NCBI GenBank assembly: GCA_965223665.1
Contig: OZ245011.1
Coordinates: forward strand, 1,440,001-1,504,000
Length of the DNA: 64,000 nucleotides
From: Nitrospinaceae bacterium
GTDB taxonomy: Bacteria > Nitrospinota > Nitrospinia > Nitrospinales > Nitrospinaceae
Direction: 5' to 3'
Shown here: one piece after another, positions 20,169 to 29,561 of the stretch
How the letters are laid out: each line of letters starts with the position of its first letter
Numbering within the stretch: position 1 is the stretch's first letter
Made by a program: the position numbers and the translations under genes
Notes under the pieces: generated by a model
The model's input: the letters and a program-made list of their open reading frames with translations, nothing else
Database searches by the model: none
What the model was told of the DNA's origin: nothing

Positions 20169-20779
20169 AGGCCGGGGCCGTCGAGGGAATTGAGTTTCAC
20201 GATTTCTTCTATCGGTCGGCGAGCATCCCGCGGTCGCGGTTCGTTTTTCTCGTAGCCTAAAACCAAAAGCATGACCGGGATCACATTGGGAGTCAGTTTC
20301 ATCAATTTGGAAGCCGCTTTCGGGTCGAATCCGATCATCGGGCCGGTCGCCCAACCGCGATTTTTCGCCGCGTACATTAAAGTCATTGCCGCCATGGACG
20401 CACTGCGAATGGCTTCGTCTCTCTGCAACTGGTCCTTGCCTTCGTAAAATTTTTCAATCATGGGAAACATGCCTTCCCGCACTTCCGCGGGTGCGTTCTT
20501 ATGAATTTCCGGCGCATCTTTGTAAGCATCCAGTTTGCCGCACACCAGGAACGCCACCGAGCAGTCTTCCACTTGCTGTTGTCCCCAGGCCGCTTCTTTC
20601 AATAATGTTTTCTGCGCAGGATCTTTGACCGCGACAAAAGTCCAGTGCTGGAGGTTGAACGAACTGGGACTCAACACCACCTCTTCAAAAAGTTCTTTGA
20701 GTTCTGCATCACTGATGGTTTTTTCCGGGTCATACGATTTAACACTGCGACGCTGCTGAATAATTTCTGAAAATTCCAT
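20144..20779 (-). CDS. Nitroreductase family protein
   Basis: RRSVKSY, SPSSFNLQHW and ATGPMIGFD. Confidence 0.92.
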   Translation of the reverse strand: MEFSEIIQQRRSVKSYDPEKTISDAELKELFEEVVLSPSSFNLQHWTFVAVKDPAQKTLLKEAAWGQQQVEDCSVAFLVCGKLDAYKDAPEIHKNAPAEVREGMFPMIEKFYEGKDQLQRDEAIRSASMAAMTLMYAAKNRGWATGPMIGFDPKAASKLMKLTPNVIPVMLLVLGYEKNEPRPRDARRPIEEIVKLNSLDGPGLGPRPVGT

Positions 20780-20807
20780 GATAGTTTCCTTATCTCTTTT
20801 TTATATT

Positions 20808-21010
20808 AAGGTGAATCACCCCAGCCCTCTTTAGTAAAGAGGGGGTACATTCACTTCCGTTTTATAATTTTCTTCTAAAGACAAACTCAACTTAGGCAAA
20901 GTTTCTGAGCGTTTGGTTCAATTAATAAATCATCGCAAAATTAAACTGCCCCTGACGGCGAGTCAGTCATCGAAAATTAATATTGGGTCCACGTCACGCT
21001 GCCCTTCACG
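20808..21010. repeat. Modular hairpin repeat (reverse orientation)
   Basis: GTGAATCACCCCAGCCCTCTTTAGTAAAGAGGG, linker, then ACGGCGAGTCAGTCATCGA. Confidence 0.85.
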
Positions 21011-21019
21011 ACGTTTGAG

Positions 21020-22045
21020 TTATTTTTTTGAAATTTCTTTGTAGGTGTTGGGGATGTTAACTCCCGAGTGCACCCAGCCCCAAAGCGCGTAACCCTGAAA
21101 CTCTTTCATGGTGATTTCTTTTTGTGCCAGCTCCAAAGACGTGCCGCTTCTCACCGCATAGTCAACTTCGTCGTGAAGTTTTTCCAGGTACTTGATGGTG
21201 AAATCGAGATCGGCCGGTTTCACCGGAACGCCATGACCGGGAACCACGGTGGCATCCTCCGGAAGAAAAGCTCTCACCTTTTTCATCGTCGCTAAAACTT
21301 CCTGAAGTTTTCCATCCAGTAACCAGGGCAGCGCCGGCGGCATGGCCACCAACGGGTTGCCGGTCCAGAATACTTTTGCGCCCGGAACCCAGACAAACAG
21401 ATCGCCTTCCGTTTGTGCAAACCCCATGTGCATGATTTCTACTTTTACATTTCCCAGGTCGATGTTTTTTTTATCATCGACAATGATGTCTGCCGTTCGC
21501 GCCACCACATCTTCAATCCCGCGGTTAGCACCGAAGTACTGCACCATGAATTTTTTATCCGCTTCAAACCCTTTTTGATTTTCCATGAACTCTTTGGTCT
21601 TGCTGTGCTGAATGATCTTTGTCGATTTGGGAAACACATAGTTTCCGTAAGCGTGGTCGCCGTGGTAGCTGGTGTTGATGACATAGAGGATCGGTTTTTT
21701 CGTTACCTTTTTCACAAAGCCCATGACCTGGTCTGCCAACCGTTTGTTCACCATGGATTCGATGACCAACACGCCTTTGTCACCGATCACAAACCCGCCG
21801 GAGGTGGCAACGGGATAGCCTTTAGGATTTTTTTCTTTCGCATCGGTCGGGTAAAGGGCATACACTCCTTTGGAAAGTTTTTCCATTTTTAGTTGAACCG
21901 CTCCGGCATCCCAAACCAGTTGCTGCTTTTTTTCTTTCTTCGCCTCGGCATGACTGGATGAAACCGCAAAGAGAAAGGCCAACGCTGTGATGTATAAAAG
22001 TAATCCTCCAAAAGAAAAACTTTTTTTTGCATAATCCATTTTCAT
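21020..22045 (-). CDS. Exported MBL-fold metallo-hydrolase
   Basis: Signal peptide; INTSYHGDHAYGN; VVPGHG. Confidence 0.85.
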   Translation of the reverse strand: MKMDYAKKSFSFGGLLLYITALAFLFAVSSSHAEAKKEKKQQLVWDAGAVQLKMEKLSKGVYALYPTDAKEKNPKGYPVATSGGFVIGDKGVLVIESMVNKRLADQVMGFVKKVTKKPILYVINTSYHGDHAYGNYVFPKSTKIIQHSKTKEFMENQKGFEADKKFMVQYFGANRGIEDVVARTADIIVDDKKNIDLGNVKVEIMHMGFAQTEGDLFVWVPGAKVFWTGNPLVAMPPALPWLLDGKLQEVLATMKKVRAFLPEDATVVPGHGVPVKPADLDFTIKYLEKLHDEVDYAVRSGTSLELAQKEITMKEFQGYALWGWVHSGVNIPNTYKEISKK

Positions 22046-22109
22046 GATCCCTTCCCTTTGCTTTTAAGTTGGTTGAGTTTAAAAAATTTTTGATGATTCT
22101 GCATTAACC

Positions 22110-22680
22110 ACCGATCATCGCGAATAAATATTGCCCGCGGCGGTTCGCCGCAAAACCCCTGGTGGTCAATCACCCCAGCCGCGGCCCCCGGCCGCTGGGA
22201 ATATTCATTTGCGATGTGTTTACTTGCTAAAAGCATCTGCAGAAACTTTTCGAATATTGCTGCTGCTTCCAACCGCCAGGTTGGGAAAGAGGGAGCACAT
22301 CGACTTCCGTTTTCTAATTTGTTTCTAAAGACCAAATTAACTTACGAATAGTTTCTAATGATTCTTCAATGTCTATTGATCATCGAGAATTAAATATTCC
22401 CTCCGGGCGTGGCCCGGAAATCCCCCTAACCCCCTTCATAAAGGGGGGACGCATCGTTTCCCCCCTCATCAGTTTTTTCTGAAGGTAAACTTAACTTACG
22501 AAAAATTTTTCTTGGTACGGCTTACACAGAAACTCATCGAAAGTCAATTTCGCCCCTCACGGCGAGTGAGTCATCGAGAATTAATTCTGCTGCGGGCGCT
22601 GGCCCGCTGCCTCTCACGGCGAGTGAGTCATCGAGAATTCATGTTCCCACCGGCCGGGGGCCGGCGAGTGAGTTACTCGC
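22110..22680. repeat. Dense modular hairpin repeat cluster
   Basis: Expanded element 22160-22302, simple element 22419-22456, tandem 27-mers at 22556 and 22613. Confidence 0.9.
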
Positions 22681-23464
22681 CGTACAAGGGATAGTCCACG
22701 GTGGCCGGGACTTCGATGATGGCCAGGCGAAAGCTTTTCTCCGAGTCGGCTTTAAAGGAAACGGTTCCCTCCGCTTTCGCATGGACCACGGCAAAATCTT
22801 TTTTCTGAACAGAGTCCTTGCGGCCATTGGCTTCGTCCTGAATCAAACCGCTGCCTTCGATGACCACAACCGCCAGAGAATAGTTCTCCTTAAGATCCCA
22901 GGTGAACTGGTGATCGGAAGCAATGGTAATATCTTTCATCACCACTTCGGTTTTAATCGAAACCGGACCGCCCTCGCCTATCACCGATTTAATGCTGACG
23001 CCTTCACGCGACTCCACCGGAAACGCTTCCGGAGACAACTCGCGATAGGTCGGAGTCTGGTGCATGGTCTCGCTCAAGTTGGGATCGAACCAGATTTGAA
23101 AAAACTCGTTGTGCTCGCCCAACGTCTCTTCTTCATGCGAAACGCCGGAACCGGTTTGCATCACCTGCGCGCCGCCGGCTTTCACGCGGCTGCGATTGTT
23201 CAGCGTATCGTAATGGCCGATCTCACCTTCCAACGCGTAACTCATAATTTCAAACGCGCGGTGCGGATGCAGTCCAATTTTTCCATAGCCCTTCGCCGTG
23301 GCCCAGGCCCAGTAGAACAGCGGGCCGACGTTGGACACATACGGACCTTCTCCCGGAAAGGCAATCGGTTTGGTCTCGGTGATTCTTCCCCCGTCAAACT
23401 GCCCGATGCCTTGAACATCGGTGGGGTAAATTTTTATATCCAAGGCTGTCGTGTCTTTAATCAT
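22673..23464 (-). CDS. Pirin family protein
   Basis: GLHPHRAFEIMSY, HYDTL, QVMQTGSGVSHEE, FQIWF. Confidence 0.9.
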   Translation of the reverse strand: MIKDTTALDIKIYPTDVQGIGQFDGGRITETKPIAFPGEGPYVSNVGPLFYWAWATAKGYGKIGLHPHRAFEIMSYALEGEIGHYDTLNNRSRVKAGGAQVMQTGSGVSHEEETLGEHNEFFQIWFDPNLSETMHQTPTYRELSPEAFPVESREGVSIKSVIGEGGPVSIKTEVVMKDITIASDHQFTWDLKENYSLAVVVIEGSGLIQDEANGRKDSVQKKDFAVVHAKAEGTVSFKADSEKSFRLAIIEVPATVDYPLYGE

Positions 23465-23476
23465 GACTTCGTTCCT

Positions 23477-23902
23477 TTATTTTACAAAATTGATTTCCAA
23501 CTGATGACCGTCGGGATCTTGAAAATAAACGGAAACACTTTTTCCCCAATCCCGCGGTTTGCCGTCCAACTGTACACCGGCCTCTTCAAGACCCTGCAGG
23601 GTGGCATCGTACCGATCATAAGAACCGTCGAACGCAAAGTGCAGGTAACCGTCCTCGGTCATCGTTTGGTGCGCCGCTTCCAGATCCAGGTCGGGCGATT
23701 CAAACAGAGCGATGGCTACGTTGCCGGCGTCCACTTCAATGTGCTGCTGTCCCGCCTTCGTCTGCGTTCGCATTAGAACCGGAAATCCCAGTACCTCGGT
23801 GTAAAATTTTTCGGCGCGTTCCATATTTCTAACGTTCAATGCAAAATGGCTGATTCCATTCAGTTGAACTTTGGGTTTATTTATTGTTGTTTTGGTATTC
23901 AT
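23477..23902 (-). CDS. VOC (glyoxalase/bleomycin resistance) family protein
   Basis: ISHFALNV..FYTEVLGF, HFAF, YFQDPDGHQLEI. Confidence 0.92.
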   Translation of the reverse strand: MNTKTTINKPKVQLNGISHFALNVRNMERAEKFYTEVLGFPVLMRTQTKAGQQHIEVDAGNVAIALFESPDLDLEAAHQTMTEDGYLHFAFDGSYDRYDATLQGLEEAGVQLDGKPRDWGKSVSVYFQDPDGHQLEINFVK

Positions 23903-23963
23903 TATGTCCTCCCTTCAGTACGGGAATTTAAATTTTTTATAAATCTTAATAATCTGAAACCGG

Positions 23964-24120
23964 AAACCCATGTGCTCCCTCTTTTCCAACCTGGCGGTTG
24001 GAGGCAACCGGGATATTCAAACGTTAGTCAATAAAAAGACCGCAATAAACTTTGCGGAAATTTTATTTCCCAGCGGCCGGGGGCCGCGGTCGGGGTGATT
24101 GACCGCCTGGGGCTTTTAAG
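23964..24120 (-). repeat. 157-bp inverted repeat, left arm
   Basis: Reverse complement matches 24878-25034 with one mismatch by manual alignment. Confidence 0.95.
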
Positions 24121-24129
24121 TCTAAGGAA

Positions 24130-24330
24130 AAATCCTCCTAGCCCGCAGCGTGACGCTGCACCCGGAATTAATCCTCGATGAGTTTCGGTAGATTCCATGT
24201 TACCAGAAACCTCGCGGAAATCTCGGTTGCCTCCAATCGCTAGATTGGGAAAGGGGGGACGCATCAACTTCCCTTTTAACATTTTCTTCTAATAACTTTG
24301 CATTATATATAGAACAAACTCAACTTGGCA
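24130..24330 (+). repeat. Expanded hairpin repeat variant with TATATATAGAAC tail
   Basis: AATCCTCCTAGCCC-GCAGCGTGACGCTGC...CCAATCGCTAGATTGG-GAAAGGGGGGACGCATC; same layout as 6024-6153. Confidence 0.8.
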
Positions 24331-24336
24331 AAGTCA

Positions 24337-24564
24337 CTACCTACTATGCGTTCCGTCGCAAAATGGAGAGTTTCCGGTTTTTCCACAACCACAGATGGCG
24401 ACCGTTTTCGCTTCGGTTATTTCCGCTGCGGCGGGAGACTTCCCCGTGTTTTTCGTTTCGTGCGACCCGTCACAGTACGGTTTGTTGGCCGACTCGCCAC
24501 AGGTGCAATAATGTTTGGTTCCCGGGGTTTCATCAATCACATGCGGTTCATTTTGGTAAGCCAT
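24337..24564 (-). CDS. CDGSH iron-sulfur domain protein (two motifs)
   Basis: CTCGESANKPYCDGSH and CGCGKTGNSPFCDGTH. Confidence 0.93.
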   Translation of the reverse strand: MAYQNEPHVIDETPGTKHYCTCGESANKPYCDGSHETKNTGKSPAAAEITEAKTVAICGCGKTGNSPFCDGTHSR

Positions 24565-24612
24565 CTCTCAACTCCATTTCAAAGGTTTAAGTTTCGATGT
24601 CACTCATAGTAG

Positions 24613-24629
24613 AGCAACACCCGTGCCAA
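24613..24629 (-). promoter_or_regulatory. Sigma54 (-24/-12) promoter
   Basis: Minus strand TTGGCACGGGTGTTGCT, with GG-N10-GC spacing, about 50 nt upstream of the CDGSH ATG. Confidence 0.88.
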
Positions 24630-24695
24630 ACCGATGGGCTTATCATAACCCTTTTTTTTATGAAGAGTTAGCGCGATTCCGACCGACGGTTGATT

Positions 24696-24791
24696 ACTAC
24701 GGTTTTACGTAGTCTACTGTTTTCAGTAGCACTGTTACGCAAAACCGTATATAATAATGAGCAGGCATACCAGGATCTTTGCGTAACAGTA
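24696..24791. promoter_or_regulatory. Candidate enhancer (UAS) sites for the adjacent sigma54 activator
   Basis: Tandem palindromes CTACG-N6-CGTAG and CTACTG-N4-CAGTAG; 13-bp inverted pair ACTGTTACGCAAA / TTTGCGTAACAGT. Confidence 0.55.
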
Positions 24792-24877
24792 ACTATGGAA
24801 CAAAACACAATAAACTTATAGAGATGACCGATGTGCTCCCCCTTTCATGAAGGGGGCTGGGGGGATTTTACCTTATT

Positions 24878-25034
24878 CTTAAAAACCCCAGGCGGTCAAT
24901 CACCCCGACCGCGGCCCCCGGCCGCTGGGAAATAAAATTTCCGCAAAGTTTATTGCGGTCTTTTTATTGACTAACGTTTGAATATCCCGGTTGCCTCCAA
25001 CCGCCAGGTTGGAAAAGAGGGAGCACATGGGTTT
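24878..25034 (+). repeat. 157-bp inverted repeat, right arm
   Basis: Matches the left arm; preceded by a simple core copy at 24830-24868. Confidence 0.95.
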
Positions 25035-25061
25035 TCAAATTTAAATTCAGGAGACCTTCAA

Positions 25062-26510
25062 GTGGGCAAAACGTTCAGTCCAAAGAGCACACTCAAACTC
25101 GCCGAGTTCACCATTCAGCAATCCGGCGATGGCATTATCTTCCATGATTGCCAGGGAAACATTTTAAAAGCCAATCCCTCGGCGTGCCGATTGTTCGGCT
25201 ATTCTGAAAAAGAGTTTACTCAACTGTCGGTTCGAGACATCAACCCGCAATCCACTAAAAAGTCCTGGCAAAAGTTTTGGAAGGATCTTAAAAAATCCAA
25301 AACACAATCCTTTGAAGAGTTGCATCGCTCGAAGGATGGAAAAGACATTCCTATAGACGTCACAGTGAACTTTTTGGAATTTGGTGGAGAAGAATTCGCC
25401 GTCTCCTTTGTTCGCGACATCACCTGCCGCAAACATATTGAGGAAGAAAAAGAAAAAGCCTATGCAGAAATTTGCCGACTGCGCGGTCAACTGGAACTGG
25501 AGAAAGAATATCTCTATGAAGAGGTGCAGGAGCTTCAGTCCTTCGGCAACATCATCGGCAAAAGTCACTCGCTGCAAAACATTTTACAGCAGATCCAAAT
25601 GGTCGCCTCCACCGATGCCAACGTTCTGATCACCGGAGAGTCCGGAACCGGCAAGGAACTCATCGCCAACGAAATTCACAAACAAAGTCCACGGTCCACG
25701 CGATCTTTGATAAGAGTCAACTGCGCTTCCATTCCCAGGGAACTTTATGAAAGCGAGTTCTTCGGCCACGTGAAGGGCGCGTTCACCGGTGCCATTCGCG
25801 ACCGGGTGGGACGGTTTGAACTGGCCAACGGCGGCACGCTGTTTCTGGATGAGGTTGGAGAAATTCCGCTAGACCTGCAAAGTAAATTGCTGCGCGTGCT
25901 GCAGGAAGGCACCTTCGAGAGAGTGGGCGAAGAAAAAACGTTGACCACCGATGTGCGAGTGATCGCCGCGACTAATCGAAATCTGAAACGAGAAGTGGAA
26001 CATGGAAACTTTCGCGAAGACCTGTTCTATCGCCTCAACGTGTTTCCGCTGGAGGTGTCTCCTTTAAGGGAACGCAAGGACGACATTCCTTTACTGGCCA
26101 GCCACTTTTTACAAATCGCGCAGGAGAAATTCAATCGCAAAGGAATCCAGTTTTCCAGAGCGAATATGATCACGCTGGAGAATTACAACTGGCCCGGCAA
26201 TATTCGGGAACTGCAAAACGTCATTGAGCGCGCGGTGATCATTGCTTCGTCCAGTAAGCTGGTGTTGGATTTACCCAAAGGTCCGGCTGCGAAAAAAGTT
26301 TCTTCGCGCAGTCCCGCCGGGCAATCGCTGGACAAAGTGATGACGTTTGATGAGATCAAGCATCTTGAACAGAGAAATATTCTTAAGGCACTGGATCAAA
26401 CGCGCTGGAAAATTTTCGGCAAAGACGGCGCCGCCGAATTACTTGGAATTCCCCCCACTACTCTAACCACCCGCATGAAGCGGATGGGCCTGACCAAACC
26501 CACCGAGTAA
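25062..26510 (+). CDS. PAS-domain sigma54-dependent enhancer-binding protein (Fis HTH)
   Basis: [31 protein letters not shown] and HTH. Start moved to GTG 25062 (AGGAG RBS) because the longer ORF begins inside the repeat. Confidence 0.93.
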   Translation: MGKTFSPKSTLKLAEFTIQQSGDGIIFHDCQGNILKANPSACRLFGYSEKEFTQLSVRDINPQSTKKSWQKFWKDLKKSKTQSFEELHRSKDGKDIPIDVTVNFLEFGGEEFAVSFVRDITCRKHIEEEKEKAYAEICRLRGQLELEKEYLYEEVQELQSFGNIIGKSHSLQNILQQIQMVASTDANVLITGESGTGKELIANEIHKQSPRSTRSLIRVNCASIPRELYESEFFGHVKGAFTGAIRDRVGRFELANGGTLFLDEVGEIPLDLQSKLLRVLQEGTFERVGEEKTLTTDVRVIAATNRNLKREVEHGNFREDLFYRLNVFPLEVSPLRERKDDIPLLASHFLQIAQEKFNRKGIQFSRANMITLENYNWPGNIRELQNVIERAVIIASSSKLVLDLPKGPAAKKVSSRSPAGQSLDKVMTFDEIKHLEQRNILKALDQTRWKIFGKDGAAELLGIPPTTLTTRMKRMGLTKPTE

Positions 26511-26581
26511 CGATATAGCCTTCCCTTTTGCGATAGGTTATAATTTCAAATAAGTTGTCATTAATCAGATATCGATCCAAA

Positions 26582-27043
26582 ATGAGTTATTACAATAGGC
26601 TAAGACCTTTCACACAAACAGAAGCTTGCGAATGCGATCAAATCACCGGCCTTTTGCTCGTCTACATTCTCACAAGAAATCCAATACACTGTATCCAATG
26701 TAAAAACGAAATTGACCCGGAAAGACTGAAGTTATCTGCAAAGATGGTTGATAAAATTGCGGATTGGAATCGAGCCTATGGCTCTCTCTACGAATTGTGG
26801 TTGGATTCCGGAGAATATGAAATTTGGGCAGAACAAAAGCTTCTCGATCCAAAGGGTCAGGGGAATACTCAAGGAATGGCAATAGTCAAAGAGCTATCCG
26901 ATCAATGGCCGACTTACTTTTGGTGGTTTGATGATGCGGCGATGGATGGGGAAGCAACCTTTTGCCCTAATTGTGGAGAAAAACTGAGCGAGGAGACTAT
27001 TTTTGAAAAGAAAAAATGCAAACCCTGTCGAATAATTGTTTAA
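26582..27043 (+). CDS. Zn-ribbon protein (DUF2310-like)
   Basis: CEC, NPIHCIQC, LWLDSGEYE, CPNCG, CKPC. Confidence 0.65.
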   Translation: MSYYNRLRPFTQTEACECDQITGLLLVYILTRNPIHCIQCKNEIDPERLKLSAKMVDKIADWNRAYGSLYELWLDSGEYEIWAEQKLLDPKGQGNTQGMAIVKELSDQWPTYFWWFDDAAMDGEATFCPNCGEKLSEETIFEKKKCKPCRIIV

Positions 27044-27171
27044 CGACAGCAAATTCCACCACAAAGCAACGAATGATATATAATATAGAAGCATTAGAAA
27101 TAAAAAGGGAACGCCTTTAAGCTGACTTCTCTCACTTAAATTATTAACCACAATACCGATTCATAGCCGCT

Positions 27172-27948
27172 ATGGTGATTTACTCTCTCGTCGCGTACGC
27201 GATTATCATTGTATCCGCAGGATTTTTAATCTGGAAACGCCAGCATGAACTTCCGGTGTTTGTGAACGGCATGATTCCCGCGATGCCCACAACTGAATCG
27301 TTAGCCGAGAGTGGGTCGACGGTCTACCTTTTCTTTTCAGATACCCACGAAGAAGATGAGAACCGGGATATTTTTCGAGGCTTTGCGAATGATAAGGGTG
27401 TGGTCCATACCACGTTGCCCATCTCCAGCGTGGGCCGGCCGGTCACCATTCGCATCCGGCATGACGGTCTTACGTTTGAAGACACGGAGATCATTGTTAA
27501 AAAACACGGTTTGTTTTTCACGGCACGACTGAAGCGGGACCAGCCGGGCGATCAACCTGTCGCGGGTTCGCAGGTTAAAGACCTGGCCGCCCATTTTCGC
27601 AGGTCCAACGTTATTATGGAAAGACTGCGAACGAACGCACTCGGCCTCGCCCAAACATTACAGCTAAAGGTCAGTTTTGTTCCGATTCTTTATTGGCTGA
27701 TTTTTTACACCATCCTGATCGTGGGCTTCGCTCTGGATTACTGGATGAACAGCGGCTCTTTCAGCTCATCCTTTGAGTCGCTCTGGCACGCCACTTATTT
27801 CAGCGTCGTCACCATCACCACACTGGGATACGGAGATTTATACCCAACCACCGATTTAATGAGAATGCTGTGCTCTGTGGAATCGGTATCAGGGATCGTG
27901 ATCATCGGGTTATTTTTAAATTCTTTGGTTTATGAAAATCGACCATAG
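27172..27948 (+). CDS. Potassium channel family protein
   Basis: YFSVVTITTLGYGD selectivity filter flanked by two TMs. Confidence 0.85.
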   Translation: MVIYSLVAYAIIIVSAGFLIWKRQHELPVFVNGMIPAMPTTESLAESGSTVYLFFSDTHEEDENRDIFRGFANDKGVVHTTLPISSVGRPVTIRIRHDGLTFEDTEIIVKKHGLFFTARLKRDQPGDQPVAGSQVKDLAAHFRRSNVIMERLRTNALGLAQTLQLKVSFVPILYWLIFYTILIVGFALDYWMNSGSFSSSFESLWHATYFSVVTITTLGYGDLYPTTDLMRMLCSVESVSGIVIIGLFLNSLVYENRP

Positions 27949-28131
27949 CTTTTCTCCCACAAATTGTTACAATAGCGGAATATTGAGAAGTGACAATTCT
28001 GGCTTCTCTTCAAGATGCGTTTCCGAGTTATTTCAGTTTTGATCCTGGTTTACTTAAAGATTTAAACGGTTCAGATCAACAGGGATTTGAACAAAGTTTT
28101 TTTTCGATAATTTTAACTAAGGAGAAACATT

Positions 28132-28338
28132 ATGGCTGCAGACAAATTTCATCTGACAAAAAAAGGCGACGAATGGAGGCTGGAAAAAGCAAAATCCAAC
28201 CGCCCTATCGTAAGAGCGAGCACCAAGAAGGAAGCGATGCAGAAAATGATGAAGTACATGGCAAATCGCGATGGTTCCGTTCGCATTCATAAAGAAGACG
28301 GCAAGATTCAGGAAGAACGCACCTACCACAAAAAATAA
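28132..28338 (+). CDS. DUF2188-like small protein
   Basis: TKKEA...SVRIHKEDGKIQEERTY; AGGAG RBS. Confidence 0.8.
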   Translation: MAADKFHLTKKGDEWRLEKAKSNRPIVRASTKKEAMQKMMKYMANRDGSVRIHKEDGKIQEERTYHKK

Positions 28339-28515
28339 ATCCCAGGGAGAGTAATAGATTACTGCACTATCCGAAAGTGCCCCACAGGAAACAAACAGTC
28401 CGGCATTATTTTGAATGAAATTTTCCTGAGTTGTGGGGCTACTTTTGGTTGAAAATAATCATTTTTGCTTCTAACCCCGTGCGGACTTGAGCTGAATACC
28501 CACTAAAATCAAAAA

Positions 28516-29067
28516 ATGGAACTATTCAAATTTGGAGAATTAAATGGTCAAGTCGAATGGGTATGGGATGATGTTTACCAACGCGAGGTATATCCAAATT
28601 TTGAACGTCTTTTGATTGGTTGCAAGTCCAAAGAAATTCCTCTGATACTGGATTTATGTAAATCCCTAGATGGACCTTTTGGAATTTTGTACGTACTTAT
28701 TGTTTCGAGGTTAGGGAATTTACCCGGTCGTTATCAAAGTCCTGATGCCCTTAGTTTTAATGACTTGGAATTATTTCTCTATGAGTATCAAGAATATTTC
28801 GAACAAGATGGCCGACATCACTTGTGGGTTTCCTCAATCAATAGTGCTGATCAGTTCATTTATGATAAACATAACTTCATATACGCTTATGGCAATTTGG
28901 AAAAGCATATAGAATGTTTAACAAAAAATAATTTTGTTGAGGGGAAAATCGAGATACCCAAACCGCATTGCCACCATTATCATAATCAATTTGACAATGA
29001 AGAAAGCCACATATTAAAAAAGTGGGATTGGATCCATTACCCTTTAGAGGATGGGGATGATCGATAA
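28516..29067 (+). CDS. Conserved hypothetical protein
   Basis: Uninterrupted 183-aa ORF; DGRHHLW, YDKHN, PHCHHYH. Confidence 0.75.
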   Translation: MELFKFGELNGQVEWVWDDVYQREVYPNFERLLIGCKSKEIPLILDLCKSLDGPFGILYVLIVSRLGNLPGRYQSPDALSFNDLELFLYEYQEYFEQDGRHHLWVSSINSADQFIYDKHNFIYAYGNLEKHIECLTKNNFVEGKIEIPKPHCHHYHNQFDNEESHILKKWDWIHYPLEDGDDR

Positions 29068-29188
29068 AATCTACATTAACAACAGTTTGCCATTAGCTAA
29101 ATGCCAAACTATCTGCTACCAATCTATATAAAAACCCGAGAGACAATTTTAAACTGCAATAAATTTATCATTCCATTGGAGGGAACCT

Positions 29189-29425
29189 ATGAAAACGATG
29201 ACTTGCAAACAGCTTGGGGGCCCATGCGACAAAGCTTTTCAGGCAAATTCTTTTGAAGAGCTTGCCGAAATGAGCAAAGAGCATGGTTTGGAAATGTTCC
29301 ATAAAAAAGATGAAGCGCATCTCGTAGCAATGGCCAAAATGCAGGAACAGATGCAAGATCCAGCAAAGATGAAAGCCTGGTTCGATAATATAAAAAAAGA
29401 ATTTGAGGCATTACCCGAGGATTAG
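29189..29425 (+). CDS. DUF1059-like small protein, copy 1
   Basis: MKTMTCKQLGGPCD..H..H; GGAGG RBS. Confidence 0.85.
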   Translation: MKTMTCKQLGGPCDKAFQANSFEELAEMSKEHGLEMFHKKDEAHLVAMAKMQEQMQDPAKMKAWFDNIKKEFEALPED

Positions 29426-29561
29426 AAATGCTGTGTCCACCGATTGGCCTTTTTGAATTTCTTAAAGAATGTTCGAACCTATAATTCCAGTTAACTATCT
29501 AATATAGATACTTCGCAGTTTTACCTTAAGCTCCATAAATGTCTTTACCGGGGGGAAACTT

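Noticed and set aside
22556-22682. CRISPR array
   Set aside because: Only two full repeats, spacers are family hairpins, and there are no cas genes or leader.
22781-23776. Long antisense ORFs (also 2938-3612, 17625-18581, 42388-43122) and the alternate-frame ORF 30888-31757
   Set aside because: Shadows of well-supported genes with no recognisable motifs.
24978-25061. N-terminus of the sigma54 activator as given in the ORF track; also ORFs 13744-13953, 19769-20002, 22042-22335 and 24028-24282
   Set aside because: These are translations of repeat DNA.
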